From a virus (Duplodnaviria; Caudoviricetes): a stretch of DNA of 52,496 nucleotides. The notes under the pieces are model-generated. The model did no database searches and had not been told where the DNA came from. It was given only the letters and a program-made list of their open reading frames with translations. Below, piece after piece: positions 1 through 10,158 of the stretch. The stretch is from IMG/VR virus record IMGVR_UViG_3300028045_000022, positions 1 through 52,496 of that record, one strand, 5' to 3'. Both the position numbers and the translations under genes were made by a program. Each line of letters opens with the position of its first letter. The stretch's first letter is position 1.

Positions 1-444
1 ACTACTACCACCACCAACAGTAAATATTTTTTTATTAGTTATAGATTCACACAATGCGCCTAATTCTATTAGATCTAGATATGTTAGTGTTTGTAAATAT
101 TCGAATGATATATTCATTGTGTTGGTTATAGCTAAACTTAATGTTAGTATTTGATCATCTTTAACTGATGCTCTAAAATCGTCAACAGTTAATCCTAATA
201 ATGTAGCATTATTTAATTCTATAGTAGATGATTTGATAATATCTAAACCTATTTGATGTTTAGAAAAAAAGTTTGGTTCGTTACCAGATATATAACCTAA
301 TTCATATGCAGTCTCAGCTTTTGTATAAGGGTGATTAATATTATCAAGAACTGAAATTTCTGTTACATTTAATGTTCTATATATTATTTCGACATCTTTT
401 CCATCAGACGATTTATATAGTTTTGTGTTTCTGGTCAAGGTCAT
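1..444 (-). CDS. hypothetical protein, partial (runs off window); probable second tail assembly chaperone
   Basis: Not in the ORF track. Manual translation from ATG at 444 (MTLTRNTKLYKSSDGKDVEIIYRTLNVTEISVLDN...) stays open to base 1, with a GGAG RBS upstream. It follows the 99-aa chaperone-like gene. Confidence 0.6.
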   Translation of the reverse strand, partial: MTLTRNTKLYKSSDGKDVEIIYRTLNVTEISVLDNINHPYTKAETAYELGYISGNEPNFFSKHQIGLDIIKSSTIELNNATLLGLTVDDFRASVKDDQILTLSLAITNTMNISFEYLQTLTYLDLIELGALCESITNKKIFTVGGGSS

Positions 445-468
445 AAATAACTCCGTTGTTAAGGCTAA

Positions 469-484
469 TTATAGTATACTATAA
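469..484 (-). promoter_or_regulatory. putative late promoter motif TATACTAT within the perfect palindrome TTATAGTATACTATAA
   Basis: The same motif recurs upstream of many minus-strand starts; this copy lies about 27 nt upstream of ATG 444. Confidence 0.5.
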
Positions 485-601
485 AAATTTAACATTAGTA
501 TTGACAGAATGGTATGTTTCAATGTATTTTTATAATATGATATTATAACGCGCGAAGCGCTTATTAATAATATATAGATATATAGTAGTTACCATTCTTA
601 T

Positions 602-629
602 AAAAAAAGGGATGAGTGACCCATCCCTT
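602..629 (-). terminator. rho-independent terminator
   Basis: Minus strand reads AAGGGATGGGTCACTCATCCC then T7, just downstream of ORF 655-954. Confidence 0.75.
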
Positions 630-654
630 AGTTAATTAAAATTTTCGGTTTGTA

Positions 655-954
655 TTACAGTTCTTCAGATTCAACAACTGTAAAACCAGAGTTCTTCATG
701 ATTTCCTCATAAACAACAGTTACTAGTCCACCGCGTTCATAATATAGACTATCATCGATATCATTTAATACGCAACGTTTCACTGTTTCTAATTCAGGAT
801 CACTTACTTCACCCATCATTTGTTGACCTAATATATCCATATAATCTCCACGAGAGATTAATTTATAAATTATATCTGTTTCTGGTAATGGACTAGTTTT
901 AAAAATTCGTCCATATTTTTCTTTCCACTCATTAATATTTTCTTGTGATACCAT
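655..954 (-). CDS. tail assembly chaperone-like protein
   Basis: Small acidic protein starting INEWKEKYGRIF, a pattern typical of myophage tail chaperones; lies directly after the tube genes. Confidence 0.55.
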   Translation of the reverse strand: MVSQENINEWKEKYGRIFKTSPLPETDIIYKLISRGDYMDILGQQMMGEVSDPELETVKRCVLNDIDDSLYYERGGLVTVVYEEIMKNSGFTVVESEEL

Positions 955-1014
955 ATGACCTCCTATATGTTATATCTTATGGTTTATGTCTAGTATAGTC
1001 TATTTTATATATTT

Positions 1015-4000
1015 TTATTTTGTATCATCTACTTTTTTTAATTGTGATTTTACTAAAGCTGTAGGATCAATATAACCTGTAGCTCTAAATACAGCTAGTG
1101 GTATATATTGCTTTCCTGTATTAAACTGTAAATTATCTACTCTTTGAATCCAGAAATCTTTAGTACCTGCACCACTATGACCAATTAATGGTATTAACTT
1201 ATCTAGTTTTTCATCATATATAGATCCAACAACAACACCTTCATGTTCATTAAGTAAATTAGCTTCAACTGGTAATTCTTTACGAGGATCTAAATGTGTA
1301 GCATATTTAATTCCACCTTGATCTAATGATACTTTATCACCAAATTGAAATATACCTTTATTATATCCTTCTATAAAACTACTAACAGCATTATTCGCAG
1401 CATCAAAATTATCAGCTGGAGCTATACGTTCAGCTTTCCAAATAATTTTAGCTCCTTGTTCTTTATTATAAGCTAAACCGTAAAATGCATCTGTATTACC
1501 TGTAGCTGAATATGGTATAGTTGGATTCACATAACTTAACCATTGATTTACAGTTCTACCACATGGCGAATTTACTGGACAACTAAATCTCGATTTCGGT
1601 ATACGAATATTACCAAATTCATCGAATTGTCCTGCAAAATCTTGTGCTGTATAAATAGGTGCTAATACGCGTAATACTGCAGCCGTAGGATAGTTGTTAT
1701 CAAAAGCAATTTTATCAATCGTCTCAAATACATCATAGTTTTGAACATCAGCATCGACAGTTATATTCTGGAAATATATATCTCTAGCAGTTTTAGTAAC
1801 AATATCTTCGAAATACTCAGGACTATCAGGATCAAAATCACTAATATCATTAGTGAAATCAACAAATTTAGTTTGTTCATTTTCAGGAACTTCAAATCCA
1901 AATTCTTCATCTGATAATTCAGGTTCAGGATTAACATTATCAATAATAGATTCAGACGTTATACCTTCATCGGTAAGATCTGGTTGTTCAAATTCAGGAT
2001 TAACATTATCAGTTTTCTTATTATTAATAATAGGTTGTTCGGTTATACTTTCATCGTTATCTTCATCTTGAGGAACTTCAAATCCAAATTCTTCATCTGA
2101 TAATTCAGGTTCAGGATTAACAGTATTAGTTTTCTTATTATCAATAATAGGTTGCTCAGTCATACCTTCATATTCAGTGTCAGGGACTTCAAATCCAAAT
2201 TCTTCATCTGATAATTCGCGTTCAGGAATAACTACATCAGTTTTCTTATTTTGTTTATCTTCAGGAATATTAACTCCTAATTCGTCAGATGATATTTGAA
2301 CGTCAGTCTCAGGATTAGGACTACTAATAATCTCATCTTTCTTTTTCTGTTGTTCCTTAGTATTATCTTGTGTAATTTCAACTTCAACTGTATCTGGATT
2401 AATAGTAGGATTAACATTATCTTTAGTTTCAGCTATAGCTGGATTATTAAGAGCCTCAATCAATCTAGCTTCTTCTGAAGCCAATTCGTCACTTTTAATA
2501 TTATTCTGAGCTTGTATAACTTGTTGTTTTTCTTTTTCTTTAATAATATCACGTTGTATTTTGACTGCTTTAAGTATTTCTCGTTCAGAATCTGATAGTA
2601 CATCACTACTAAGTAGCCATTCTACATTTTGATCTGATACATCGGCATATTTAGCAAGCTGATCATCTGATAATTTAGTATATATATAGTCCTCATTACC
2701 AGTTGCTGCATAGTTTCGTAATATAGCAGCTTGTATTTGTCCTTCATCAGATACTATATAGTCAGCAACCTTTTGAGCTTCAGTTAATGCTATAGATGTA
2801 TTTGTAAACTTATCAGATAATTTACTAACATCAATATATTCACCTTTATCCTTAACTCCAAAAACATCTTTGTCTATAAGATTAACTAAACCATTATCAT
2901 TAGCTTGAAGTTTTAGAGCTTCTTCTTCTAATTTAGATATTTCACTATTTAGCTCGTTAAGACGAAGATCTGCATCTGGATCTCCACCAAGAGCTATTAT
3001 TTCATCGCGTAATTGTTGTTCCGTATTATCTAATATTAGATCATTTTGTCTAGCCGCAATCTGATTAGCTTTAGCAGCTAATCTATCAGCTAATGCTTTA
3101 TCTTGATCTTCTATAGGATCAGTAGTTTCACCAATATCGTAATCGACATAACCTTTATCTTTAAATAAATCTTTATGCATTTCAAATGTTTCTTCAGCTT
3201 TTTTCTCTAATTCAAGTAGTTCAGCTCGTTTGATAGCTGTTTCTTTATCTGCTTCTGCAAATTCATCCAATAACTTATCAAATGACTCAAGATTATCACT
3301 ATATTTACCAGTTTTTAAATTAGTACCAAACTGTTGAAAATAGTCTGTATCTTCAAAATTATTAACATCAGCAATATTATAGTCAACAGGTTCATATAAT
3401 TTATTACCATCAATATCTTTAAATGTTGAATTTTCACCATAAAGTCTTTCATTAATTGATTTTTGTAATTCAACGCCTTCTATTATATCTTGTGCATATT
3501 TTGGTGTACCAGTTCGTTCTACCTCATTAAGAGCATCAATCAATCTAGCTTCTTCTAAAACCAATTCATTATAGTTTTGATCAATTATTTGATCATCTAA
3601 TTTCTCAACAGCAGTACGATATTGCCAGTTTGACGACATATTATAGTTAAATTCAAATTGATCTTTTGTATCGACATTAGGTCTAAAGAAATCTTCACGA
3701 CGTATAAGATCTATTATTTGACTAGGATTTTTAGATGGTAATAATACTCTAAAATTTGAACCACCAACTCGTTCTAATAATACATTTAATGGTTTTAAGT
3801 CACTAGATCCAGTCAACGTTTCATACCCTTGCTCATCAACATCACCAGTTGTTGTAAAATTTGAAAATGTAACTTCAATTGCAACTTTAGTGCTATCTAT
3901 TAATGTGTCACCAATATGAAAATTATTACTAATAAACATAGTATTAGTTACATCTTCAATATATGTTAACATTTGAGTATTATAATCCTTACCATGTGTC

Positions 4001-5400
4001 ATAATAAAAGGTTCAATACCTAAACCATTTTCAATATACTCTGATGTAAGGGTAGCATCTATAGTTAACCATTTTATACCATCATACTTAGCTTTATATT
4101 TAATAGACAATGATGCAAAATTTGCTGGGTCTAATAATTTTTCCATGTCAGCTAAAGTAGATATATGAAATTCTTCTTCTTTAGGAAGTTTAAATGCTAA
4201 TTTATTAACTTTAACATTATTAGTATTAATACTTTTATTAATATCTCGGAAGAAGAAATTATAAACTTCAGCAATAGGTTCACCGTTAGGATTAACCATA
4301 ACTGATTGTCCAGTAAAATGAACATCATTTAAAACTGTTAATGTATGCTCTGCTCTTTTATCAGATATATCACCAAATGTAATTAGTATATTAAATGCGT
4401 CTTCGTAGTCATTACCTATAGCAGAATTAATTCCAACATTACGACCTTTATTATCATATTTTGTATCAAATTGATCAGCTCGAAGTAATGCGTGTGGTTG
4501 TTCGACACCAAATGGTTTACCGTTAGAGTCACCCCAAATTAAATCTTCTAATACTTCAGCTGCATCTTCAAAATCTTTAATTTTATTACCTGTTGTAGAT
4601 GCAAAATCTACATTATTAATAGGTACATCTACTTTTTTAATAGTACCATCATCAAGTGTAATAGTTTCTGTACGTGATCCAGTACGCTCAACTTTAAGAT
4701 CTGCGCCTTTAAGATTATCTAATACTTCTTCTATAGTTTCTGATTGTCTAATAAGTCCTGGATTAGATGTACCAGTAACATTAACACTATTAGCCATATC
4801 GGTAGTTGTTAACATATTAGGGTCACCAAATGTTCTAGATCTTAAATTCTTAACAGCTAGTTCTCTTCCACTTTTTTGTTCTTCTATAAACGCTCTAATA
4901 ACGTTAAAATAGCCAACTTCTTTAAAAGCGATGGCAATCATACCTTCACCTAATACCGTGCCTTGAGCGACGGCATCGAAGTTCTGAGACGCATATGAGT
5001 ATATTGGTTCTTTAGTTTGTCTAATATTATATTGAATAGTTACGATATCATCAACCCAGATATCTCCAAAGAAAATTTTAGCTTGACTACCGCAGTAATA
5101 ATCATATTGATATGTGTCATAATTAAATCTAGAACTATACTTATCTGGTTTACGCATTTCACCGCGAGCTTGTTCAGCAAATCTTTGTTCTAATGCTTCT
5201 TTTGTTTCGTTTTGTATACGACTAAGCTTATCACTATCGTAGTCAGGTATTTCATTTGAATCTAATCGTCTAGCATATCTAGTGTCTTTAATTTTTTGTA
5301 CTCGTTCTTTTTCGGCACGAATACGTCTACCTAATCTAGGACTATCATTACCTTTTTTATCAATTATATTATCAGCAGCTGTAGCTTTATTGTTTGCCAT
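1015..5400 (-). CDS. large virion protein: N-terminal tail-tube-like domain, coiled coil, acidic repeats, C-terminal putative Cys-His (CHAP/NlpC-P60-like) hydrolase
   Basis: YYCGSQAKIFFG...IQYNIRQTKEPIYSY...VLGEGMIAIAF and FNILITFG...LNDVHFTGQS...IAEVYNFFFRDI parallel the two adjacent tube proteins. LSDEEFGFEVP occurs three times. The C-terminus has PCGRTV...EHEGVVVG...IGHSG. Confidence 0.6.
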   Translation of the reverse strand: MANNKATAADNIIDKKGNDSPRLGRRIRAEKERVQKIKDTRYARRLDSNEIPDYDSDKLSRIQNETKEALEQRFAEQARGEMRKPDKYSSRFNYDTYQYDYYCGSQAKIFFGDIWVDDIVTIQYNIRQTKEPIYSYASQNFDAVAQGTVLGEGMIAIAFKEVGYFNVIRAFIEEQKSGRELAVKNLRSRTFGDPNMLTTTDMANSVNVTGTSNPGLIRQSETIEEVLDNLKGADLKVERTGSRTETITLDDGTIKKVDVPINNVDFASTTGNKIKDFEDAAEVLEDLIWGDSNGKPFGVEQPHALLRADQFDTKYDNKGRNVGINSAIGNDYEDAFNILITFGDISDKRAEHTLTVLNDVHFTGQSVMVNPNGEPIAEVYNFFFRDINKSINTNNVKVNKLAFKLPKEEEFHISTLADMEKLLDPANFASLSIKYKAKYDGIKWLTIDATLTSEYIENGLGIEPFIMTHGKDYNTQMLTYIEDVTNTMFISNNFHIGDTLIDSTKVAIEVTFSNFTTTGDVDEQGYETLTGSSDLKPLNVLLERVGGSNFRVLLPSKNPSQIIDLIRREDFFRPNVDTKDQFEFNYNMSSNWQYRTAVEKLDDQIIDQNYNELVLEEARLIDALNEVERTGTPKYAQDIIEGVELQKSINERLYGENSTFKDIDGNKLYEPVDYNIADVNNFEDTDYFQQFGTNLKTGKYSDNLESFDKLLDEFAEADKETAIKRAELLELEKKAEETFEMHKDLFKDKGYVDYDIGETTDPIEDQDKALADRLAAKANQIAARQNDLILDNTEQQLRDEIIALGGDPDADLRLNELNSEISKLEEEALKLQANDNGLVNLIDKDVFGVKDKGEYIDVSKLSDKFTNTSIALTEAQKVADYIVSDEGQIQAAILRNYAATGNEDYIYTKLSDDQLAKYADVSDQNVEWLLSSDVLSDSEREILKAVKIQRDIIKEKEKQQVIQAQNNIKSDELASEEARLIEALNNPAIAETKDNVNPTINPDTVEVEITQDNTKEQQKKKDEIISSPNPETDVQISSDELGVNIPEDKQNKKTDVVIPERELSDEEFGFEVPDTEYEGMTEQPIIDNKKTNTVNPEPELSDEEFGFEVPQDEDNDESITEQPIINNKKTDNVNPEFEQPDLTDEGITSESIIDNVNPEPELSDEEFGFEVPENEQTKFVDFTNDISDFDPDSPEYFEDIVTKTARDIYFQNITVDADVQNYDVFETIDKIAFDNNYPTAAVLRVLAPIYTAQDFAGQFDEFGNIRIPKSRFSCPVNSPCGRTVNQWLSYVNPTIPYSATGNTDAFYGLAYNKEQGAKIIWKAERIAPADNFDAANNAVSSFIEGYNKGIFQFGDKVSLDQGGIKYATHLDPRKELPVEANLLNEHEGVVVGSIYDEKLDKLIPLIGHSGAGTKDFWIQRVDNLQFNTGKQYIPLAVFRATGYIDPTALVKSQLKKVDDTK
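1881..2220 (-). repeat. intragenic tandem repeats encoding ELSDEEFGFEVP
   Basis: ACTTCAAATCCAAATTCTTCATCTGATAATTC occurs three times (near 1889, 2075 and 2186), with related spacer segments (PIIxNKKTxxVNPE). Confidence 0.9.
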
Positions 5401-5419
5401 TATACATTAGTTCCTTTAA

Positions 5420-6430
5420 TTATTTTTTTGAAAACGCAGGCGATTGGGTATAATTTGGTTGAGTAGCAGAATTCATATCCCATGACATTTTAGTTTTTTC
5501 ATACTTTCTAATATTATTATAGGCTTTTTCTATTTCAGAAATTACAATTACTCTTCTTTTATCTAGAAGTTTAATTTGTTGCTGTGAAACTCGTTTAGAG
5601 TCTAAGCTACTAAATGTACTTTTACTTTTCTTACTAATCTCACTAATATTTTTAAGTATTGTTGATAATTCTTGTTCTAATTTATCAGCATATTTAACCA
5701 TGGAGGCATAATGTTCATCGATAACTTTACCTTGCATCATTTTATTAAATAATAAAGTTTGATGTTCACCACTAGAACCATTAGATACCATAGGATCAAT
5801 ATCTTTAGCTAAAAATTGCATAACATTTTCTGAATAAATGTCATTAATACTATATGTTCCACCTTCATCAGTAATCTCTACACCGTATATTCTAATAATA
5901 GAACTAAAGCCATATTCATTAGTGAATATAAGCATTAGATCGAATGGTGGTATTTCATCTGCGAGAGGTGAACTAAATCTATGAGGATTTTCTAATTTTT
6001 TATTAAAAAAGGTATATACTGCATTTAACGGACTTTCGTCAAATTGAACAAAAATTAAACTACCAGCGATAGTTCTTTGTCCACGAACATAATCTTTAGC
6101 ATACGTTCTACCTAGTGTGCGAACTGGCATTTTATCTCTATGTATAGAATATGTAGCAGTTTGAACATTACCAAGTATAACAATATTCTCGTTATATACT
6201 AAAGCTACTGTAACATCAGTCCCAGCAAAAGTTCGATTAGTATCAGTATAAATCATCGATACAGGTGACTCAATATCTCGACCATTAAGCATACTAGTAT
6301 CTCTAGGACCAGCTTTAAGGAAATCTAAACCGTTAGCATCAACACCGCCGATTATATTTCGAGTTCCTTGTAATGCAGCATTACCTAATGCTCGTCCAAC
6401 TTTTTTAAAAAACTTATCATCATCAGCCAT
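5420..6430 (-). CDS. tail tube-like protein (paralogue; possible baseplate tube initiator)
   Basis: FAGTDV...LGNVQTATYSIHRDKMPVRTLG...RGQRTIAGSLIF...DEIPPFD...NEYG...GVEITDEG aligns by eye with the 232-aa tube protein; it has an added C-terminal coiled coil. Confidence 0.7.
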   Translation of the reverse strand: MADDDKFFKKVGRALGNAALQGTRNIIGGVDANGLDFLKAGPRDTSMLNGRDIESPVSMIYTDTNRTFAGTDVTVALVYNENIVILGNVQTATYSIHRDKMPVRTLGRTYAKDYVRGQRTIAGSLIFVQFDESPLNAVYTFFNKKLENPHRFSSPLADEIPPFDLMLIFTNEYGFSSIIRIYGVEITDEGGTYSINDIYSENVMQFLAKDIDPMVSNGSSGEHQTLLFNKMMQGKVIDEHYASMVKYADKLEQELSTILKNISEISKKSKSTFSSLDSKRVSQQQIKLLDKRRVIVISEIEKAYNNIRKYEKTKMSWDMNSATQPNYTQSPAFSKK

Positions 6431-6504
6431 AAAGTTATAAACCTATAGAATTAATGACATGGGGACATCTGCCCCCAATGTCAAACGTATAAACCATAAA
6501 ACAA

Positions 6505-7203
6505 TTATACGGAAGGTCCTCGTTGATCCTGCGCAGCCCATGCAGAGCGAACAGCAGCTAAAGGACTATTTGCACCAACAACATTTGGCTCAAACGCTTT
6601 TAAGTCGCCACCAAATAGTGGTCTCCAAGTTTGAATAGCTCTCGCTACAAATGTCATTTGAGTTTCTGTTACAATATCATCTATCGATATACCAGAACCT
6701 TCATTGATAAATTCCACACCGAGTAACGCCATAACTGAAACTGAACCATATTCATTTTGTCCAGTTAAAGTAATAGTGAAAGGAGGAATTTGGTCTGAAT
6801 AGTTCGCTTTAGTTTTATTAACACCTTGGATGAAAGATAAATCACCTTCGAACGATTGAGTACCTAGAAGAGTAGATCTACCCCCAGCAGGGATATCAGT
6901 ACCTTTTGCGTAGTAGCTTAATTCTTGGCTACTACCTTCTAATGCTTTTTGTACATCATATAACGCGTGTCTATCGAAATTTGTAAAAATCATAGAACCA
7001 GCGTGACCACGTTTACCACGACCGAACGCAACAGCATCTACATTACCTAAAGTATATACAGGTGCTTTTTCACGAGTAGTTGAAAAAGATATACCGTTAA
7101 GATTACCTAAAACAACTCCATTAAGCGTCGCAATAATATCGGTACCAGCATGAGCATTATATGTTTGTGTTAAAGTGTCTGAAAAATTACTTCCATTAGC
7201 CAT
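6505..7203 (-). CDS. major tail tube protein
   Basis: Immediately downstream of the sheath. Motifs AGTDI...ISFSTTREKAPVYTLG...RGKRGHAGSMIF...DQIPPFTI...NEYG...GVEFINEGSGISIDD. Confidence 0.8.
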   Translation of the reverse strand: MANGSNFSDTLTQTYNAHAGTDIIATLNGVVLGNLNGISFSTTREKAPVYTLGNVDAVAFGRGKRGHAGSMIFTNFDRHALYDVQKALEGSSQELSYYAKGTDIPAGGRSTLLGTQSFEGDLSFIQGVNKTKANYSDQIPPFTITLTGQNEYGSVSVMALLGVEFINEGSGISIDDIVTETQMTFVARAIQTWRPLFGGDLKAFEPNVVGANSPLAAVRSAWAAQDQRGPSV

Positions 7204-7230
7204 AATACATACCTAACCTTTTTTTAAATA

Positions 7231-7248
7231 GGGTGGGTTTCCCCACCC
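7231..7248 (-). promoter_or_regulatory. GC-rich hairpin between sheath and tube genes (weak terminator or mRNA stabiliser)
   Basis: Minus strand GGGTGGG-GAAA-CCCACCC with only a short T tract. Confidence 0.45.
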
Positions 7249-7254
7249 ATTATA

Positions 7255-10140
7255 TTAACTTAGAGCGACATTCTTTCTAAGTTTAACAGTTGTTCTGATT
7301 TTCTTCATTGTAAACACTGGAACAATGATTAAATCAATTTCAACAACACCGAGTATTTGTTGCTCAATAGTAGATGAAAGACTGTAATTAAACGCTTGGA
7401 TACCAGACATATTTTTAAGTATGTTAGAGATATCTTGGTCTAATGCATTTTTAATTTCAACACTATTAGGTCTACCAATATAGTTGTCAGCTAAACGTTT
7501 AATACGGTCAGCAGCTTCTTTAGTAATACTAAAGATAGAATAATTTATATAATCAGATCCAAGAGGAGCCGCAGTTATATCATTAACAACTACAGGAGGT
7601 CTTGTATCGGAAGTTTTCATAGCAACATATCTATTACCGTTAAGAGCTTCTAATTGTCTAATTGTAAATGGGAATCTTGTAGCATAAATTCCTGGTATTG
7701 ATTTATTTGTTGGTGATACATCATAAGGTACAGATGCAAGCAATCCTGCATATGACGCTTGACCGTTAGCAGCGTAAGGTGTACCTCTACCAGTATTCAA
7801 GAATACAGGTTCAAATGCAGCAACCGAAATAAATTTATTCTGGATAGTACTCATAGTATTAGCACCGCGAGTAGGATCATCAAAATCAACTTCAGTTAGA
7901 TTTTTAACCCATTCGTCTCTATCACCGATGGTATCACCATCAATTTGAGTAGTACCAAGCACAGCATGTGGTTGAAAGAGATTAATAGATTGTTCATCTA
8001 AGAAATCTTCAATATCAGCAGCAAAGCTATTAGCTTGATTTTCAAGTAAACCAGTATTCTCATTATAATCTTGTTTAATATCATCGATATATGCACCCAT
8101 TGGTACCCAAACATCACCTTCAAAATTACGAAGATATTCGTAAGCTTTTTTCAGTTCATCTTCTCGTTCTTTAACAGAAAGATTAGCACCAGTTGTACCA
8201 CCATTTAAAGCTTTAGCTTTAGATGTAATATCTGGGAAGTTTGGCATATATGAATAATTTAATCTAATATGTGAAGCTTCAGTACTATCTAGTTGTTCTC
8301 CACCTGGCCCAGGTAAGTTATTAGTATCAGTAAAAGTTAAGACACCTTTATTAGCATCAGATAGGATAACATTAGTTCCTACTTCATATGTTCTTTTAGT
8401 TCCATAATTCATAATCATTGGAAATGGAGCCGCAACATTAAGTAACAATTCGTCTCCACGAACAAAGTAATTAGTAGGTGTAATTGCACTTACATTCTCA
8501 AGTTGAGAATAAGTATCAAGTTCACTCATAAAACCTTTAACTGATGTACCAGTAACGCGAAGATACGTATTGTCTTTAATATTACCATCTTTATCAATAA
8601 GAGCAGACATATTAGTAAACTTAACTGGATCAACTTTAGGTATACCTGTATCGAATGTTATGTTTGTTAAGTTAGCAATATTAACATCATCATAACAACC
8701 AGATGCACCAGAACCAACAGAAAATATAACTTCAGCATCAGTAGTTGATGTAGCTTCAACGAATTCTGAAATATATACACCAGACTCTGGACTGTACGGA
8801 ATTTCTGTCCAATTACCATTTGGATCAACGTTATTAGATGCGAATACGCGAACAGAACCATAAGGACGTCTAAGTCCAGAAGGTTCAGCACTTATAACTT
8901 TAACACCTTTACATGTAGCATCGAAATAATTGTTGTCAAAATAATTAACATAATCAGTATTACCTAATAAATAATTATAAACTACACCACTTTCAACAGT
9001 AACATATGGGTTTTCAGTATCATCAAAAGGTTTATCAATAGTAAAAGAAAATTTATTTTCTTCGTCTAACCCTTTTTCATCAGTTGGAATTTCATCAATA
9101 AGTGCGAAATTAACATCATACATATATTCAGATGTAACATTACCAGAAGGATCAGTTGCGTATTGATAATCAGCATCATAATCATTAAGTGCTTGTATTG
9201 TATTCCATCTACTTGTACCTTTACCATCAAGAGGTGTTAATCCTAATTTAGTACTAGTACCAGTGAATGTTTGTAGTTTCCAATCAGAAATACCTACAGC
9301 TTGAACTGAATCAAGTGCAATAATATTATTACCAACTGTAACATTTTTACGAACACCATTACCATCTAGAACATCTTCACCGTATGGTAAATCTGGATCA
9401 GTGACAATATACGCATCATTTGAATCAGCAATAACGCCACTAAGCGCAAGTATAGTTGGAAGAGTTAATTCAACTTTAGTAGTTGTAGAATTAACACCAG
9501 CATCACCACTTTTAACCATTAACTCATAATCAGTTGTAAGGTCATCGAAAGATGCAGTAACGACAGAACTAGTATTTCTATCATTATTAATCGCAGCAAC
9601 AAGTTCCGCGACATTATGGACTTGTACACTTGAATTATTAGGGTTTTTTCTATCTACTGTAAAGTATGAATACAATCCAGTTTTAGGATTATATACAGAT
9701 ATATCCCCTGCGTTTGCTCTACTAGTATCATATTGAATTGTTACCTGATCATATACAGGACCAGGAAAACGACCCTCAAGTACTAACGAGTTAATATTCG
9801 TATCACTGTCTTCAGTATCTATATCGTTAGAATTAATTTCTCCGATTTCAAGAATTGACTTTTTAGCGTTACCAATACGCACACCTACAACATTTTGATT
9901 GTTACTTTGTGAGTTCCAACATTCAGAGATACCTCTTACGAGATCACCTCTTGATTGACGGCCCCACACTAATTCTGCATCAGTTGGTAAATCGACAACA
10001 ACAGGCTCATAAAGAGGTCCGTCTTCAGATGTACCAATAATAACAACACGTCTATTTCTAGCGGTAGGTGGAGTGGTTACGGCTAAACCGAAATCCTGTA
10101 AAATAGTTGAAGAACTCGGAATTGCATATTCTCTAGCCAT
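7255..10140 (-). CDS. contractile tail sheath protein
   Basis: N-terminal VVIIGTSEDGPLYEPV; C-terminal SPTNKSIPG...QLEALNGNRYV...YIGRPNS...VEIDLIIVPVFTMKKIRTTV is characteristic of sheath domain I. Large central insertions. Confidence 0.88.
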   Translation of the reverse strand: MAREYAIPSSSTILQDFGLAVTTPPTARNRRVVIIGTSEDGPLYEPVVVDLPTDAELVWGRQSRGDLVRGISECWNSQSNNQNVVGVRIGNAKKSILEIGEINSNDIDTEDSDTNINSLVLEGRFPGPVYDQVTIQYDTSRANAGDISVYNPKTGLYSYFTVDRKNPNNSSVQVHNVAELVAAINNDRNTSSVVTASFDDLTTDYELMVKSGDAGVNSTTTKVELTLPTILALSGVIADSNDAYIVTDPDLPYGEDVLDGNGVRKNVTVGNNIIALDSVQAVGISDWKLQTFTGTSTKLGLTPLDGKGTSRWNTIQALNDYDADYQYATDPSGNVTSEYMYDVNFALIDEIPTDEKGLDEENKFSFTIDKPFDDTENPYVTVESGVVYNYLLGNTDYVNYFDNNYFDATCKGVKVISAEPSGLRRPYGSVRVFASNNVDPNGNWTEIPYSPESGVYISEFVEATSTTDAEVIFSVGSGASGCYDDVNIANLTNITFDTGIPKVDPVKFTNMSALIDKDGNIKDNTYLRVTGTSVKGFMSELDTYSQLENVSAITPTNYFVRGDELLLNVAAPFPMIMNYGTKRTYEVGTNVILSDANKGVLTFTDTNNLPGPGGEQLDSTEASHIRLNYSYMPNFPDITSKAKALNGGTTGANLSVKEREDELKKAYEYLRNFEGDVWVPMGAYIDDIKQDYNENTGLLENQANSFAADIEDFLDEQSINLFQPHAVLGTTQIDGDTIGDRDEWVKNLTEVDFDDPTRGANTMSTIQNKFISVAAFEPVFLNTGRGTPYAANGQASYAGLLASVPYDVSPTNKSIPGIYATRFPFTIRQLEALNGNRYVAMKTSDTRPPVVVNDITAAPLGSDYINYSIFSITKEAADRIKRLADNYIGRPNSVEIKNALDQDISNILKNMSGIQAFNYSLSSTIEQQILGVVEIDLIIVPVFTMKKIRTTVKLRKNVALS

Positions 10141-10158
10141 TATTTTACTCCTAAGTTT

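Noticed and set aside
444-954. Programmed frameshift joining the tail chaperone genes
   Set aside because: The two ORFs are separated by 210 nt containing a terminator and a promoter motif.
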